Below are positions 41,053 to 54,362 of a stretch of 64,000 nucleotides of DNA, piece after piece (within the stretch, counting starts at the first letter, position 1; each line of letters starts with the position of its first letter). The stretch lies in the NCBI RefSeq assembly GCF_009914755.1, contig NC_060927.1. One strand, 5' to 3'. The translations under genes were made by a program, and so were the position numbers. The notes under the pieces were generated by a model, which was not told the origin of the DNA, made no database searches, and saw nothing but the letters and a program-made list of their open reading frames with translations. Origin of the DNA: the human T2T-CHM13v2.0 reference genome, Homo sapiens.

Positions 41053-43227
41053 TCTCCCAATTTTACAAAGGCTACAACGAGTTCATTATCAAGACACTGG
41101 GCAAGGTCACATTCAAGTAAGTGACAGAGCTGAATCAGAACCCAGGTCAGGTGAGTCCAACTGCAGTATTGTCTTCCTATTATAGCATGGAGACAGAAAT
41201 AAAGATTCAACCATCAGGCAGCCTAGTTCTGGATTGCTTGTTCCTCTGAGCCTCAGACCCCTCCTATGTAAAATGGAGATCATAAACAGTGCTCATCTCA
41301 AGGCCACAGAGAACACAAGAAGATAATCTAAGTAAAGCATCAACGGAATGCCATTATTTTTATATCCAATTTTTTTAAACATAACCTCATCGTGATTTTA
41401 ACTTAATCCCAGCCAATGCTCAGCTTTACAATTTGGGGATCATATTTTCTAACCTACTTATTCTTTTGGTAAAAACTCTTCCTGAGAAATTAGTGTTTTA
41501 TAGTAATCAATTTAAGGAAATTCATTTTTGTTTTTACTAGACAGTTATGCTACAGAAAACAGTCTTAATTAATCACACAGTAAAGGTGGTCTCAGGTATT
41601 TAGGTCAGTACAAGCTTCTGGGTTTTCTTTTTTTTTTTTTTTCCCCTTCTTTTGTCCTGAGGATAATTAGTGTGTTGATATTTGACAAGGCAAGCTGTGA
41701 CTATTGCTTGCAACTGTCAGCTGAGATCTTCTAGCTATGACACTGAAAATAAGATTCAGAGTCAAGAAACATCTTTTGAAAGTTTTCCTCCTTGTACCCA
41801 AACCAAGCGTATTGTTGAAGACAACACTGGGATAATGGGAAACTTCCTGGAAGATTTGGGCATTATTGAGGCCATGTGTTCATCAAATGAGGACATACGG
41901 TGACTCAGTTCTCATCACCAGATTTTCCAGGAGGCCCTGAATTTCATAAAATTCTATTCTTATTTACCTTTTTGTATTTTAGTTAATAAATTCAGTATGG
42001 TTTAATATAGAAATAAGTTTCAAACAAAAATGAGGCTTCAAGTCAAAGTTTGTCAGAGAATCCCAATTTTTAATCCAGAAAAGAAGACCAGGCTTGTTGT
42101 ATAGTGTACAGTACCCTGTGTAAGATCTATAATCATGTATGTACCTGTAACGTACTACTTGTATTATTCAAAGTTTAAATACAAACTCTCAGTATGTTAA
42201 TATGACTTCTCCGTTCCTCCAAAATTGTATATGAATCCCTGCTTAAGAGTTCTTGAAGAGCTCTTGACATTTCTCTGTCTTGAGTGAACACTTCTATTTA
42301 GAATCTAAAAACAGTAAGCAAAATAAGCCATCAGTAAATGCTACACAAAAGTTACTCTGTGCCCAATAGAAACTGATGCAAAACTACCAAGATTTAGTGA
42401 ATAAAGAATATATCACATCATTGCAACAGTATGACTTGGTATTGAGGACTAGAACCTAAACCAAAGGCACACTCTGGGATCCTGGTGTCTTTGTTTCCAG
42501 CATGAGGACATGAAATCTGCTGTGCTCATTGGCTGGTCTTCAGTGCCTAGCCCTGTGGCTGCAATACAGTAGATACATATTTACTGCCTGAGTGAGTGAG
42601 TGAAGGTGAGTCCTGAAATCACTGTACCAAGTAGAAAAATAATTTCTACATTTAGGGAAAACAAATGTAGAGTGTGTATGTGTCAGACACCTGACAGGTT
42701 TAAGTGAGCTTTACATCTTAATGGAAATAGTTCTGCAAATGACCATTTATAACTTACAGTTAACACTATACAAGTCAATCTGTAGTCTTTTGATTGTGTG
42801 AATCAGCACTAAAGAAGACACTCTGACCTAATCTGCATTCAACCTCAACTAATGTCAGTGACCCAGGACAGACCTTTTCCAAGCAAAGGCCAGTTATTAT
42901 TAAAAGGTCTGTGAGAAGAGCACACAACGAAATATACCACAGTGTGAGTGAACCCTTTAAGTTAAGGGTTGATTGATTAGAAAGCATAACAACCACTGAT
43001 AAATTTATTAATAGAGTATAAAGAGGGAAGCTGGAGACATCTCAGAGAAGAGAACGCAATTGATTTGAGAATCACTGGGAACCACAGATTTTGGTGGCCA
43101 AAGCCTTAGAGTCAGAGGAATCCAAAGTTGTCTGTGTGTGTTCTTCAGAGCTGTATCACCTCACTTTGACTTTGCACCTCAAGTGAAAAGTTCTAATTCT
43201 ATTTCTACCTTTGCAAACAGGGTTATT

Positions 43228-43260
43228 ACTGCAACTGACACTTTCTAATTTTTCTTTCAG
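43228..43260 (+). other. 3' splice acceptor
   Basis: Branch-point-like ctgac and ctaat, a pyrimidine tract ttttctttt, then cag|g. Confidence 0.75.
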
Positions 43261-43310
43261 GCCCTGCTGCAAAAAAGAAGTATGTCAGTTATAATAACCT
43301 GGTTATCTAA
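43261..43310 (+). CDS. Coding part of the terminal exon of an unidentified gene; probable C-terminus (x)PAAKKKYVSYNNLVI*
   Basis: Follows a strong acceptor and precedes a typical 3'UTR. The frame was chosen on protein plausibility (2 nt + 15 codons + TAA at 43308-43310). The other frames give PCCKKEVCQL* or an implausible ~60 aa tail. Confidence 0.6.
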
Positions 43311-44470
43311 CCTGTTCCATTCCATGGAACCATGGAGGAGGAAGACCCTCAGTTATTTTGTCACCCAACCTGGCATAGGACTCTTTGGTCCTACCCGCTT
43401 CCCATCACCGGAGGAGCTTCCCCGGCCGGGAGACCAGTGTTAGAGGATCCAAGCGACCTAAACAGCTGCTTTATGAAATATCCTTACTTTATCTGGGCTT
43501 AATAAGTCACTGACATCAGCACTGCCAACTCGGCTGCAATTGTGGACCTTCCCTACCAAAGGGAGTGTTGAAACTCAAGTCCCGCCCTGGCTCTTTAGAA
43601 TGGACCACTGAGAGCCACAGGACCGTTTTGGGGCTGACCTGTCTTATTACGTATGTACTTCTAGGTTGCAAGGTTTTGAAATTTTCTGTACAGTTTGTGA
43701 GGACCTTTGCACTTTGCCATCTGATGTCGTACCTCGGTTCACTGTTTGTTTTCGAATGCCTTGTTTTCATAGAGCCCTATTCTCTCAGACGGTGGAATAT
43801 TTGGAAAAATTTTAAAACAATTAAAATTTTAAAGCAATCTTGGCAGACTAAAACAAGTACATCTGTACATGACTGTATAATTACGATTATAGTACCACTG
43901 CACATCATGTTTTTTTTTTTAAGACAAAAAAGATGTTTAAAGACCAAAAACTGTGCTGAGAAAGTATGCCCCACCTATCTTTGGTATATGATAGGTTACA
44001 TAAAAGGAAGGTATTGGCTGAACTGAATAGAGGTCTTGATCTTTGGAATGCATGCCAGTAATGTATTTTACAGTACATGTTTATTATGTTCAATATTTGT
44101 ATTTGTGTTCTCTTTTGTTATTTTTAATTAGGGTATATGAATATTTTGCAATAATTTTAATAATTATTAAGCTGTTTGAAGGAAAGAATATGGATTTTTC
44201 ATGTCTTGAGGTTTTGTTCATGCCCCCTTTGACTGATCAGTGTGATAAGGACTTTAGGAAAAAAAGCATGTATGTTTTTTACTGTTTGTAATAAGTACTT
44301 TCGTTAATCTTGCTGCTTATGTGCCAATTTAGTGGAAAAAAACAACCCTTGCTGAAAAATTCCCTCTTTCCATTCTCTTTCAATTCTGTGATATTGTCCA
44401 AGAATGTATCAATAAAATACTTTGGTTAACTTTTTTATTTTCTGCAATAAATATTTTTAGTTGTTTTTCC
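43311..44470 (+). other. 3'UTR
   Basis: Repeat-free ~1.1 kb that becomes U-rich with multiple UGUA and miRNA seed matches, ending at poly(A) signals. Confidence 0.7.
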
Positions 44471-44475
44471 CATTA
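44405..44475 (+). terminator. Tandem polyadenylation signals
   Basis: UGUA at 44405, AATAAA at 44411 and 44446, each followed by U/GU-rich sequence. Confidence 0.7.
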
Positions 44476-45319
44476 GTTACAGTTTATTTCATAAAGTCCT
44501 AAGTTAGAGAGCCATATGGACAGCCCAACTTTTTCAAGTAACATGCTTTAGCTCACGACTACAGCCATTTCTGAAAGGCATATTAAAAACCCAGAGGTGC
44601 TATGTTGTCTCATAGAAAAAGTCCTATCACAAAGTCCATGCAATTTTTTTCTTCGTAATTGAAGTTGAGACCTGATAACTCCAGATGTCTACTCAGCAAG
44701 TGGGAAGGGAAGAGGAAATATTAGCTTAAGCAAATAATAGTCTGGGGGCAATTTAGTGAAGAGATAAATATTTCTGCAAAATTTATCCAAAGGACATAAG
44801 TAAAAATAGCTACTATGTTGTCTTTGTATTTGCAAACAAATATGGTGGCCATATTATCAGTAGTGAGATTAAGACTTGGGATTCTCAAAACTCAACTGCA
44901 GGAAGTATCATCAGGATGAATTCATAGCACCTTGGCCCATCAGGAACTCAGAAGATTGTCTACTTGCAGAGGGGAACATTGGTTCCTAGTACTCAGGGCC
45001 GGGCCCCAAACAGTAAAATGTATTTAAAGGTTCTATGGTGGAGCTAACTGTGACTTATTTTCTGCTGTGACTAATAAAACTCATACCTGCATCTCATCTT
45101 TGGCATCTGCAGAACTCTTCCTACTGTGCCTTAGCTCCCACAGCCCAAGCAATGTGCTTAGAGACACTAGAAATTATTTCTTTTCAATATCCGACTAAAG
45201 AAAATCAAATGTATTTCCCCATTTTTCCCTACTCCTTAAATACCCTTCAACCAGTAGACCATAGGAAAATACAAATCAAAGCAGAAATGAGTTTTGGGTG
45301 ATCCACATTTCCAAGTCAT

Positions 45320-45532
45320 AAGGCCAAAGTGGTATAAAACCTGGCTCCTCCTCCTGCTAACTCTCCTTGGAGAAGTTACATAAACATTCTGAATTCTCCA
45401 TTTCCTCAGGCAGATGACAGGTTAATCGTGCTACCAGTCTCATAGTGTTATGAGGGCTAAGAGAAAATCCATGCGTAGGACATAACAACAGTGCCTGGCA
45501 AATGGCTAACTCTCCATACATGTTAGCTATTA
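45320..45532 (+). mobile_element. MIR
   Basis: ccttggagaagttacataaac...catagtgttatgagggctaa...aacagtgcctggca. Confidence 0.75.
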
Positions 45533-46099
45533 TGACCACATGGCTATGACCACCAGCATCAACATCATCATGGTTGCTATATTTTCTTTTAAAAATAAAA
45601 TCAAGTGTGCTATGCTTTCCATTCCAGACATGGAAAGAGAAACTTAAAAAGTACATGGGCAAGCCAGACTGTGTTGTGGCATGTGGTAGAAATCATTTCT
45701 TTCAAAAGAAATTATGTAAGAGTCTTTCCCGAGTACTCAAATGTACAACCATGCATTCAGGGAAGTAGCAAAAGCAATTCCATCTAGAATTGGAAAGAGC
45801 TACTTTCAAAGACCTTTGCTTTTCCTCTGGATTCCCAGGGGCAAATTGAGATAATGATCTGGATAGCGACAATGATAAAAAGTAAAACTTTTGCAGCACA
45901 ATTTTTAAGAAATTGTTACTCATATATATAATATACTTTACATACTTTATGCATACTACATATATTACAATGTATACCTTATATATCAATTTATTTAGTC
46001 CTCAAAATGCAGTTCTAATCATCTTCCACAATGCTAATCTCCAACCCAGTAGTTAAGGTGTGGCTGTAGCCATAGAACAGATAGATTGGGTAACATTAT

Positions 46100-47262
46100 C
46101 AATACCAGGCAGCACAATGAATACTCACTTCCCTCAGGTATGCAGGTCTCCTTGCTCTTCACCTGTACCAGGTATACCCCACCTCAAAGTCTTGGCATTT
46201 CATGATTCTCTTCCTAACACACTCTCCCCGAAATAGCTGCATGATTCTAAATCCTCATTTATTTCCAGTTTCTGCTAAAACATCATGTCTAAGGTCTTTC
46301 CTGACCATATCTAAAAGTACAGTCCTCCACCCAGCCCCCCAGTGAATCCATTAACCTGCTTCATTTTTCTTTACAACACTTATGATTATCTGACTTTTCA
46401 GATTTGCTTTCTTGTTTTCATCAGCCTCCTTCTGCAGTATTCACCAGGAGATCAGATATTCTGTTTTGCTCACCGTAATATCCTAGCACTTACAACAATG
46501 CTTGACAAGTGTTAGGGGTGGAAGGTATCTGAATTACCAGCAGCAAATTCATACATGTCTGCAGCAACCTCAGTTCTTACCTCCTCAGAATAAAGAATTC
46601 GACTAAGGGGCATAAGGTAGAGAAAGAGACCAAGACAACTTTCAGAGCAGAAATGGACATTTATTTTTAAAAGCTTTAGAGCAGGAAAGAAAGGAAAGTA
46701 CACTTGGAAAAAGACACCATGAAGGTCAAGTGCAGCCTTTAACCTGGATGACCCACTCCCAGTGTCTTGAGACCCTTTCCCATAATTCTTCCCTTAAGAT
46801 GGGCTCCCTGTATGCACAGTGCCCTCTTTGCCCACGGGAAGTGAGCATGTGCACTGGGTTAGAAAGTTGTATGCATGCCCTTCTGAGGCTTTCTTCCCTT
46901 TTCTGGTGGAGTGCCCTCAGAAGGTTATACTCCAACATTTTGTCTTTTAATTTGCATGCCTGGGAAGTTGCCTCTCCCTGGTGTCTGCATTTAATTAACA
47001 CTTTACTGTGACAGCTGCGGACCTTCAGGAGATAAGTCTTTCCCTGGTGCCGGCTGGCTACCAAATTATCATTTTTAGAGAGGCAATGTGATACCTATTG
47101 AACCATAACCTGATAATTGCCTGACATTATTCCTGGTAGGTCGGGGGAAAGCCCTCTCCTGCCCCCTCTCCTTCAGCCCATGCCTGTCTAACTACCTGTA
47201 ACACAAGTAGTAGGCACTCCATAAATATTTACAAATAAATCAGTGCAAGCAAGAATGAATAG
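46100..47262 (+). mobile_element. L2 3' end interrupted by an LTR
   Basis: ttttgctcaccgtaatatcctagcacttacaacaatgcttgaca [LTR] agtagtaggcactccataaatattt...gaatgaat. Confidence 0.7.
46510..47203 (-). mobile_element. MER50 solo LTR
   Basis: The reverse complement starts tgttacaggtagttagacaggcatggg...gcaggagagggc; exact 4 bp TSD caag. Confidence 0.85.
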
Positions 47263-49057
47263 ATGAAGTGAAAGAGCTCAAGAATATCGAAGGAGGGCTG
47301 AGGGAGCCTGTGCTGCCAAATAGTTGTAGCCAGCCCCACATCAGGAAGGACTAGAGTTGGGACATTAAGGGCCAACAAGACTCAGGTAACCAAGAGGAAA
47401 GAAAAGGTGTACACATTTTACACTCAGCCTCAGTAGTAAGGGAGAAGCTACTGCTGTTGGATGGGGTTTCTTTTAATTGGAAAATGAACTTCTTGAGAAG
47501 TGCAGTGGGAACTTGATAGATATGCTGAATCACAAACACTTTCATCTGAAGGAAGAAGGGAGAGGACAGGGAGGTGTTACAGTAGGAAGGCACTGGATTC
47601 AGGATGAGAATGCCTGCGTTAGAGCACTAAGCTCCACTACTTACTAGCTCTGCAGTATCAGGTAATCCATGCATCCCTGGGATTCTCTGTATATTCACCT
47701 CTACAATGGCAGTAGGACATGAATTCAAGTACTTTCGTTAACCAGCTGACTCTATATGGACTTGTTCCAGAATGCTAGCTTTGCTTTCAATGTGTGCTAA
47801 TCTAGACTGAACATAATAATGTAAAGCATGTTGGAGGCAGGAACTGGAGCCCCATGTAGAGAGAAGAATCACTCTATTGCTGTGAACACAGTTAAGGCAG
47901 CCTAAGGTATCCATCAGTGCACTTGGCAGCTGTACAAACAAAACAACCAGGATCCAATGGACTAAAATCCCACAATCCCTCTGCCAATTGTTACTGCCAT
48001 ATCATTCTCCATTTGACATTTTCCCTTTATAATTTATCCTCTTGTAAAATTTGCTTTATCATGCTCTGTCTGCAGTGTCTGTTTAGATCCTAATATGCAT
48101 ATATACTTTCTACTCTTCCAACCTCTGTTCCAGTGATAAACCCACCTTGCCAATCATCAGCTAAGGTACTGATAACATTCTGGAAAATGATGGTGCCTAG
48201 AATAGGGCCCTGGAAGTTTCTACCAGAGACCAGTGACTTTGGTGCATTCATCATCATTAGATAAGTATAGGTTTAGTTATTTTGCCATTTACAATACCCA
48301 AAATACTACAGGAACAACCAGTCTATTATTTTCTTTTGCACATAATAATAGTAAAATATGCCAAGACAAGGGGCATCTATCATGCGTTGTGAAAATGAAG
48401 ACACTGGTATCTACAACATTTCTCTGATTTTCCATCACAAACGGGAAGAAATCAGACCAATAATATTATCAATTAACCTTGAAAGGCTCAGGGTTCCCTT
48501 TTATTCTCTCCAAGTGTTGACAGGATAATCTGCCTGATACTCTTCACTGGAATCCTGCCAGAGAATCAAATCAAGTTCATAGATTATTCCCAAGGCCTTT
48601 CCCCTTTGAAGTCTTGTACCCACCTCCAGACTGAGCAAAGCTCCCATTCTCCAAGACTTCTGAAGGGGAAAGGACTTATCTTCATACTTACAAACTTACC
48701 AATGCCTGAAATCACAAATTGGTTGCTGGCTCTGAATTTTACCTGGTGCGTTTATTTTGTTTGCATATTGCTTAGCTATCTGGTAATGTGAGTAATGGCC
48801 AAAGAGCTGTAGGCAATTCCAGTGACTAAGTCAGTTGTACAGAGCACCCAGTTCTCTCTTTCATGTGCTCTACCTGCTACTTGCCTTTCTTTGACCTGGA
48901 ACCTTCACTGCTTTGTGACTTATACACCATTGAGTTTGTCTTTCCTTTTCCTGTCTAGTACCTTTCCTCTTTAAAAGAAGTCAGTAAATCCACCAATAAA
49001 GAGAAGGTGGAGGGAAAATACAAATTCTAATTTCTTCCCTATAACTTTTATCTATAC

Positions 49058-49562
49058 AAATGCTTTTGAAACTTTAATGTGTCTGTGAATTACCTGGAGA
49101 TCTTGGTAAAAATGTAGATTCTGATGCAGCAAGAAGGGCCCGGGATTTTGCATTTTTAGTAAGCTCTCCGGGGATGATCACACTGCTTCTCCCCGAACTA
49201 GAGTTTGGCTTTTGACCTAGATTGTACATTAGATTCACCTTGAAGTTTTAAAATATACCTATGGCTAGACCTTACTCCAAAGAATCCATTTAATTGGTCT
49301 GGGATAAGGCCAGGACATTTTTTTCTCTGAAAGCTTCCCAGGTGATTGTAATGTGTAGAGGGATGAGGATTAATATTCCACACGAGTGGGTCTCAAACTT
49401 CAGTGAGCATTAAGATTTCCCAGGGGGTTGATAACAATACAGTGTTGGTCCCATTCCCAGAGTTTGACTCAATTGGTCTAGGATGGGGCTGATAATTTGC
49501 ATTCCTAACAATCTCCCAGATGATGGTGATGCTGCTTGTGGTCCATAGACCATACTTTGGAA
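49058..49562. mobile_element. Cluster of three MER5 elements
   Basis: gaattacctggagatcttggtaaaatgtagattctgat; cttcccaggtgattgtaatgtg; tttgcattcctaacaatctcccagatgatggtgatgctgcttg. Confidence 0.8.
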
Positions 49563-50969
49563 AAATCCAAGCAACCAAACTGCTCTTCCAACATCTACCT
49601 TGCACACAAGGTTTAAAAAATCAAGAAAAAAAAAAAAGAAAACCAAAACCCAAACCTAGTACTTTCATTGACTCAAACATCTTGCAAACCTCCACTCCGG
49701 GACTTTAGGCTTCCTGATACTACCCCTGTAGTCTCTCGTCACTGTTTCACAGGAGTCTGCATTTACCACCCACCACCCACCAGCTTTTGTAGGATGTGGT
49801 TCCATGGAAAGTTTGCTATGTATTCACATTTATCTCTTTAAATTATTTCTCTGCTCTTCTTCCCTGGGGTCATGACTAGAGATTGAGAATTCTACTCCTA
49901 TGTGCCTTCTCTTTCCCTTGGCTCTGCCATCTTCCTGCTTCTGGTCTCAAGTTCATTAAGAAAGTTACTTTTGCCTTTTTGAAATCTGTCTCTCCAAAGC
50001 ATCACCTGTCCATTTGGCTATGTCCAGGCCACTATCCCCTGGCTAAGGAGCTCTGATGACATTGATCTTTTCCTCCAAGATTCCTCCTCTCTAGGTCCTC
50101 CTTGCTGGCTCAAGTAAGATTCAGAAAAGCAATTATTTTCTCTTAACTGGCCCTTGGGTATAATAACAGACAGTGGAAGGATATTTAATCAACAAATGTG
50201 TTGAGCACTTACAATATACCAGGCACCATTCTTCATCCCTGAAGACACAGCGGTTACATAAGAAACCAAATCCCCTGCCATAGGGGAGCTGGCATTCTAA
50301 AGGACATGGGCAGCATTTCTCACATTCTCCACTTTTATCCAGAGGTTACTGCTGCAAGATGCACAATCAGATCCACTGAAGAACACTCCAACTCAGAGTT
50401 GTACTTTCCTTACTGTATTTCTTCTGTTTCTCTACTGTGCCCTCACTTCTCTCTACTGTGCCCTCACTTCTATTTAAAAAACTTGGATGTTCCAATGCTT
50501 TATTTTGTTTGCTATTACTTTATGCTTTAGCCCACCATCCTGAGGGCTCCAAAAAGATATGAAGATCCAAGCAGGCAAATCCCCAGCTGTCTACACACCT
50601 GGCTCCATAGTTGAGAAATTGCTTTGTCTCTCAACTGCAGAAAACTATTCACTATGAGAAAGGGAACTAGTGTTTTCCTAGGGAGCAATTATTCTAACTT
50701 TGAGTCAGCCAGCCAGCTAGCAGCATCCATTGTTGGAGTAATTGGCATATTTTTTTAACCTTGTTCTTCTAACAAACAGGGCTCTCCTGCAAAATCTGCA
50801 TCTGGCTATTGAGCTGAACAATGACCGAGTGCATCTTAGTAATGGCCATCCTCCCAGTGAACATTTATAACTAAGTAAAATTGGGTCAGGCAAATCAGAC
50901 TGGTCTTTGAGCCAATGGGGCAGAGCTGCCTTCGGAACTACCCAGACATTTGGTTCATAGAGACAGTAT

Positions 50970-51185
50970 AGAGACAAATGTACTCAGCACTGTGCCAAAC
51001 AATTCATATCCATCACCCCATTTAAACCTGAAAGAAAACAGCTCTATTTGGGGACTATTATCCTAATTTTAATAAAAGGACAGATTGGCATAATAATTTT
51101 CATGTCACACAGTTGATAAATGGCAAAGCTGGAATTTGAACTCATATATCATTGGCCCAGAACTCTATACTATTAATCACTAAAT
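50970..51185 (-). mobile_element. MIR
   Basis: gtcacacagttgataaatggcaaagctggaatttgaactca. Confidence 0.7.
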
Positions 51186-51622
51186 TAGAATGCCCAGAAC
51201 ATGATTTCTTATTTGCCCAAGAACAGCAATCACAGACAACATATATAAAGTAATAAACCCCTAACCAGAATGAAATAAGATTTTTTTTTACAAGAGAAGC
51301 AAATGTGTGGACAGAACATAATAATTATACTAAGATTGACTATTAAACAGCACTGAAAGTGATTCAGAAGAATGAATGTTATAGAGAAGTGCTCAGTTAT
51401 TTTCAAGATGATCTCAACTACATAAATGCACATATACATGCCAAGAAAAAGCATGAAAGAAATATACAAAATGGTTTACGCAATTATGAATTATTATTTA
51501 CTCCATTAAATTATTATTTACTCCAAAACAACAGAAAATTTTGATTACATTAAAATCAAGGCTAGTGTTCATCAAAAAACATTTTGGAGAAAGTGGAAAT
51601 AAAGATACAACCCATGAGAAGA

Positions 51623-51995
51623 TGATATAGTTTGGCTGTGTCCCCACCCGAATCTCATCTCGAATTGTAATCCTCATAATTCCCACGTGTGAAGGGAGGA
51701 ACCTGGTGGGAGGTGATTGGATCATGGGGGCAGTTCCCCCATGCTGTTCTCATGATAGTGAGTTCTCACGAGATCTAATGGTTTTATAAGGGGTTCTTCT
51801 CTGTTGACTCTTTTTTCTCCTGCCACCATATGAGAAGCTCCAAGCTTGCTTCTGCCATGATTGCCTTCTGCCATGATTGTAAGTTTCCTGAGGCCCCCGA
51901 GTCATTCAGAACCGTGAATCAATTAAACCTCTTTCCTTCATAAATTACCCAGCCTCAGGTATTTCTTTACAGCCATATGAAAATGGACTAATACA
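51623..51995 (+). mobile_element. THE1 (MaLR) solo LTR
   Basis: tgatatagtttggctgtgtccccaccc...ggactaataca; 5 bp TSD gaaga/ggaga. Confidence 0.92.
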
Positions 51996-52091
51996 GGAGA
52001 TATTTGCAATACCTCTATCAATAAAGGATTACATTAGGGATATATGCTAGGACTAAACATACATATGCTCATGGAACATATGCTTTAGGAG

Positions 52092-52101
52092 TGTGTGTTG
52101 C

Positions 52102-52147
<46 letters not shown>

Positions 52148-52170
52148 GTATATATATATGTGTATATATA
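52092..52170. repeat. (TG)n/(TA)n compound microsatellite
   Basis: Directly visible. Confidence 0.95.
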
Positions 52171-52513
52171 TGGACTGAATATGTATGCCCGCCTAAAATT
52201 CATGTGTTGAACCTCTACCCTCCAACGTGATGTTATTAGGAGGCAGGTTGTCTGGGACATGATTAGGATTAGATGCAGTCATGAGGGTCCTTTAGATATC
52301 ACAGAGCTTGCTTGCTCTGTTCTGCTCTCTGCCATGTGAGGGTACAATAAGTAGGCAGTCTGCATCTGGGAAGAGGTCCTCACCAGAACCCCTCCATGTC
52401 GACAGCCTAATGGCAGACTAACTGTCTCTAGAACTGTGAAAAATAAATTTCTGTTGTTTATAAGTCACCCTGTTTATGCACCTTGTTATAGCACCCCCCA
52501 GGCTAAAAAGACA
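52168..52513 (+). mobile_element. MLT1A/MST-type MaLR LTR
   Basis: tatggactgaat...aaaattcatgtgttgaa...agaactgtgaaaaataaatttctgttgtttataagtcaccc. Confidence 0.85.
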
Positions 52514-52579
52514 CTATGTGTGTATATGGAATGCACACATACACACACACACACATATGCAAATAAAATATTAGAAATA

Positions 52580-52769
52580 CATATGTGTATATCCCCTACA
52601 AATCGGGAAGATAAAGACAAATAACTCAATAGAAAAAAGGACAGGCACTTCACAGAAAAGGAAATTATATGATCAATGAACATATAAAGAGATGCTCAAC
52701 TTCATTAGAAATCAGGGAAATGTAAATCAAGACCACAGTAAAAGAGTATTTGATACTAGTTTAACTGGC

Positions 52770-52800
<31 letters not shown>

Positions 52801-53640
52801 GAGACCAGGCACAGTGGCTCACACCTGTAATCCCAGCACTTTGGGAGGCCAAGGAGATCACTTGAGGCCAGCAGTTCAAGACTAGCCGGGCCGACATAGG
52901 GAAACTCTGTATCTATTAAAACACACACAAAAAAAATTAGCTGGGTTTGGTGGCACTTGCTTGTAATCCCAGCTACTTGAGACGCTGAGGTGGAAAAATC
53001 TCTGGAATCCAGGAGGCAAAGGTTGCAGTGAGCCAAGATCGCATCACTGCACTCTAGCCTGGGTAACAGAGCAAGCTCCATCTCAAATAAATAAATAAAG
53101 TCAAAGGAATGTCATATAGTGCTTATCTGAGTATTCATTAGTACCACCACTGGCAAACAATTTCCATCTCATAAAGTTGAACATTCATGTTCTCTAAGTC
53201 CCAGCAACTCAGCTCTCCTGCTCAATATTGACCCAAGAGATGCTTTTTCTAAGTGCCCCAGCAGACATGTATGAGTGTATTTGCAGTAGTACTGTTCATA
53301 ATGACAAAAACCTGCAAACAGCCCAAAATTCATTGACAGGAAAATGGATAAGCCACAGTGCAGTCATACAATAGAATACTATGCAGCAGTGGAACAATGC
53401 AATCATTGTATAAATCATAGTAACATAGTATTGGGTGAAATCCAGTACTATCAATTGGATTTCCTAAAAGACTATCTGTAAGTCCTAAAAGACTGTCTAT
53501 AAAATTCAGGAGCATAGTTATCTCTTGGGAAAAAAAAGAAGATGGTATAAGAAAGAAGTACATAGACAGATATGAATTACTGGTACTATTATAGTTCTTG
53601 GGCTGGGGATAGGTTAGCAAGTTCTAATTATATTATTAAA
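52580..53640 (+). mobile_element. Old L1M 3' region interrupted by an Alu
   Basis: catataaagagatgctcaacttcattagaaatcagggaaatgtaaatcaagaccaca; actgttcataatgacaaaaacctgcaaacagcccaaa. Confidence 0.75.
52803..53099 (+). mobile_element. Alu (J or older S)
   Basis: Both arms and an (AAAT)n tail. Confidence 0.92.
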
Positions 53641-54362
53641 ACATAAAGAGTGCGAGTGTGTGTGGACCAATCATGACAGTCCTTCGCATAAGAAATGTCT
53701 ACCTCAAATGCCTTTGAGGCAACACACAAAATACATACATAATAATTACAACTAAGATTCTCATTTTCCTCCTCTACATCTATAAATAATGATTATTGTG
53801 CTTCTTGGATCATTTACTGAGCCATTCTCCTATAAATGACTTAAGAGTTAACAAATCTCCATCACAGCCACTGTCTCTGTCTCATCAATTCTGTTAAAAA
53901 TGTGGTTCTATTCCCATTTGATCAGAAGAGAAAACTGAGGAACACTGGAGTTAATTATGCCAATCCCCCTAGATTTACAGCTTGTAAGTAGAAGAGTCAA
54001 AGCTTGAATGTAGGACTTGCAAATCAAAATAAACTCTCTTTTCTAAGGCATCCCAGAAGCTCTGGGGGCGTGGGGGAGGGTTGCTCGAAGGAGTCTATGT
54101 GTATTTATGAAAGAGTATCAGAGTCACCAGGTCAACAATAGGCAGATCACCTGGACCTATTTTATCTTTAGTATCATTTTCACTCTCATGATTAAGAAGC
54201 CATGAATAGTGAAAGCTATAGCTTTTCTCCATGAAAGAGAAAATTATGACCCTTTATAAGCCTCAGTCCTTTCTGTTTCATTAGCCTGACATTCTGCTTT
54301 GTCCTATATAGAAACATGAATCCTGTGCTTCTATCTGGTGATCCCTAAAAGATTAAAATTAT

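Noticed and set aside
41620-41995. Alternative terminal exon (pyrimidine tract, ORF 41682-41903, AATAAA ~41985)
   Set aside because: The first AG after the tract is a weak GAG, the peptide is unrecognisable, and AATAAA is common in AT-rich DNA.
43565-44026. Longest ORF (153 aa)
   Set aside because: Starts at TTG, lies in what looks like a 3'UTR and has no protein-like features.
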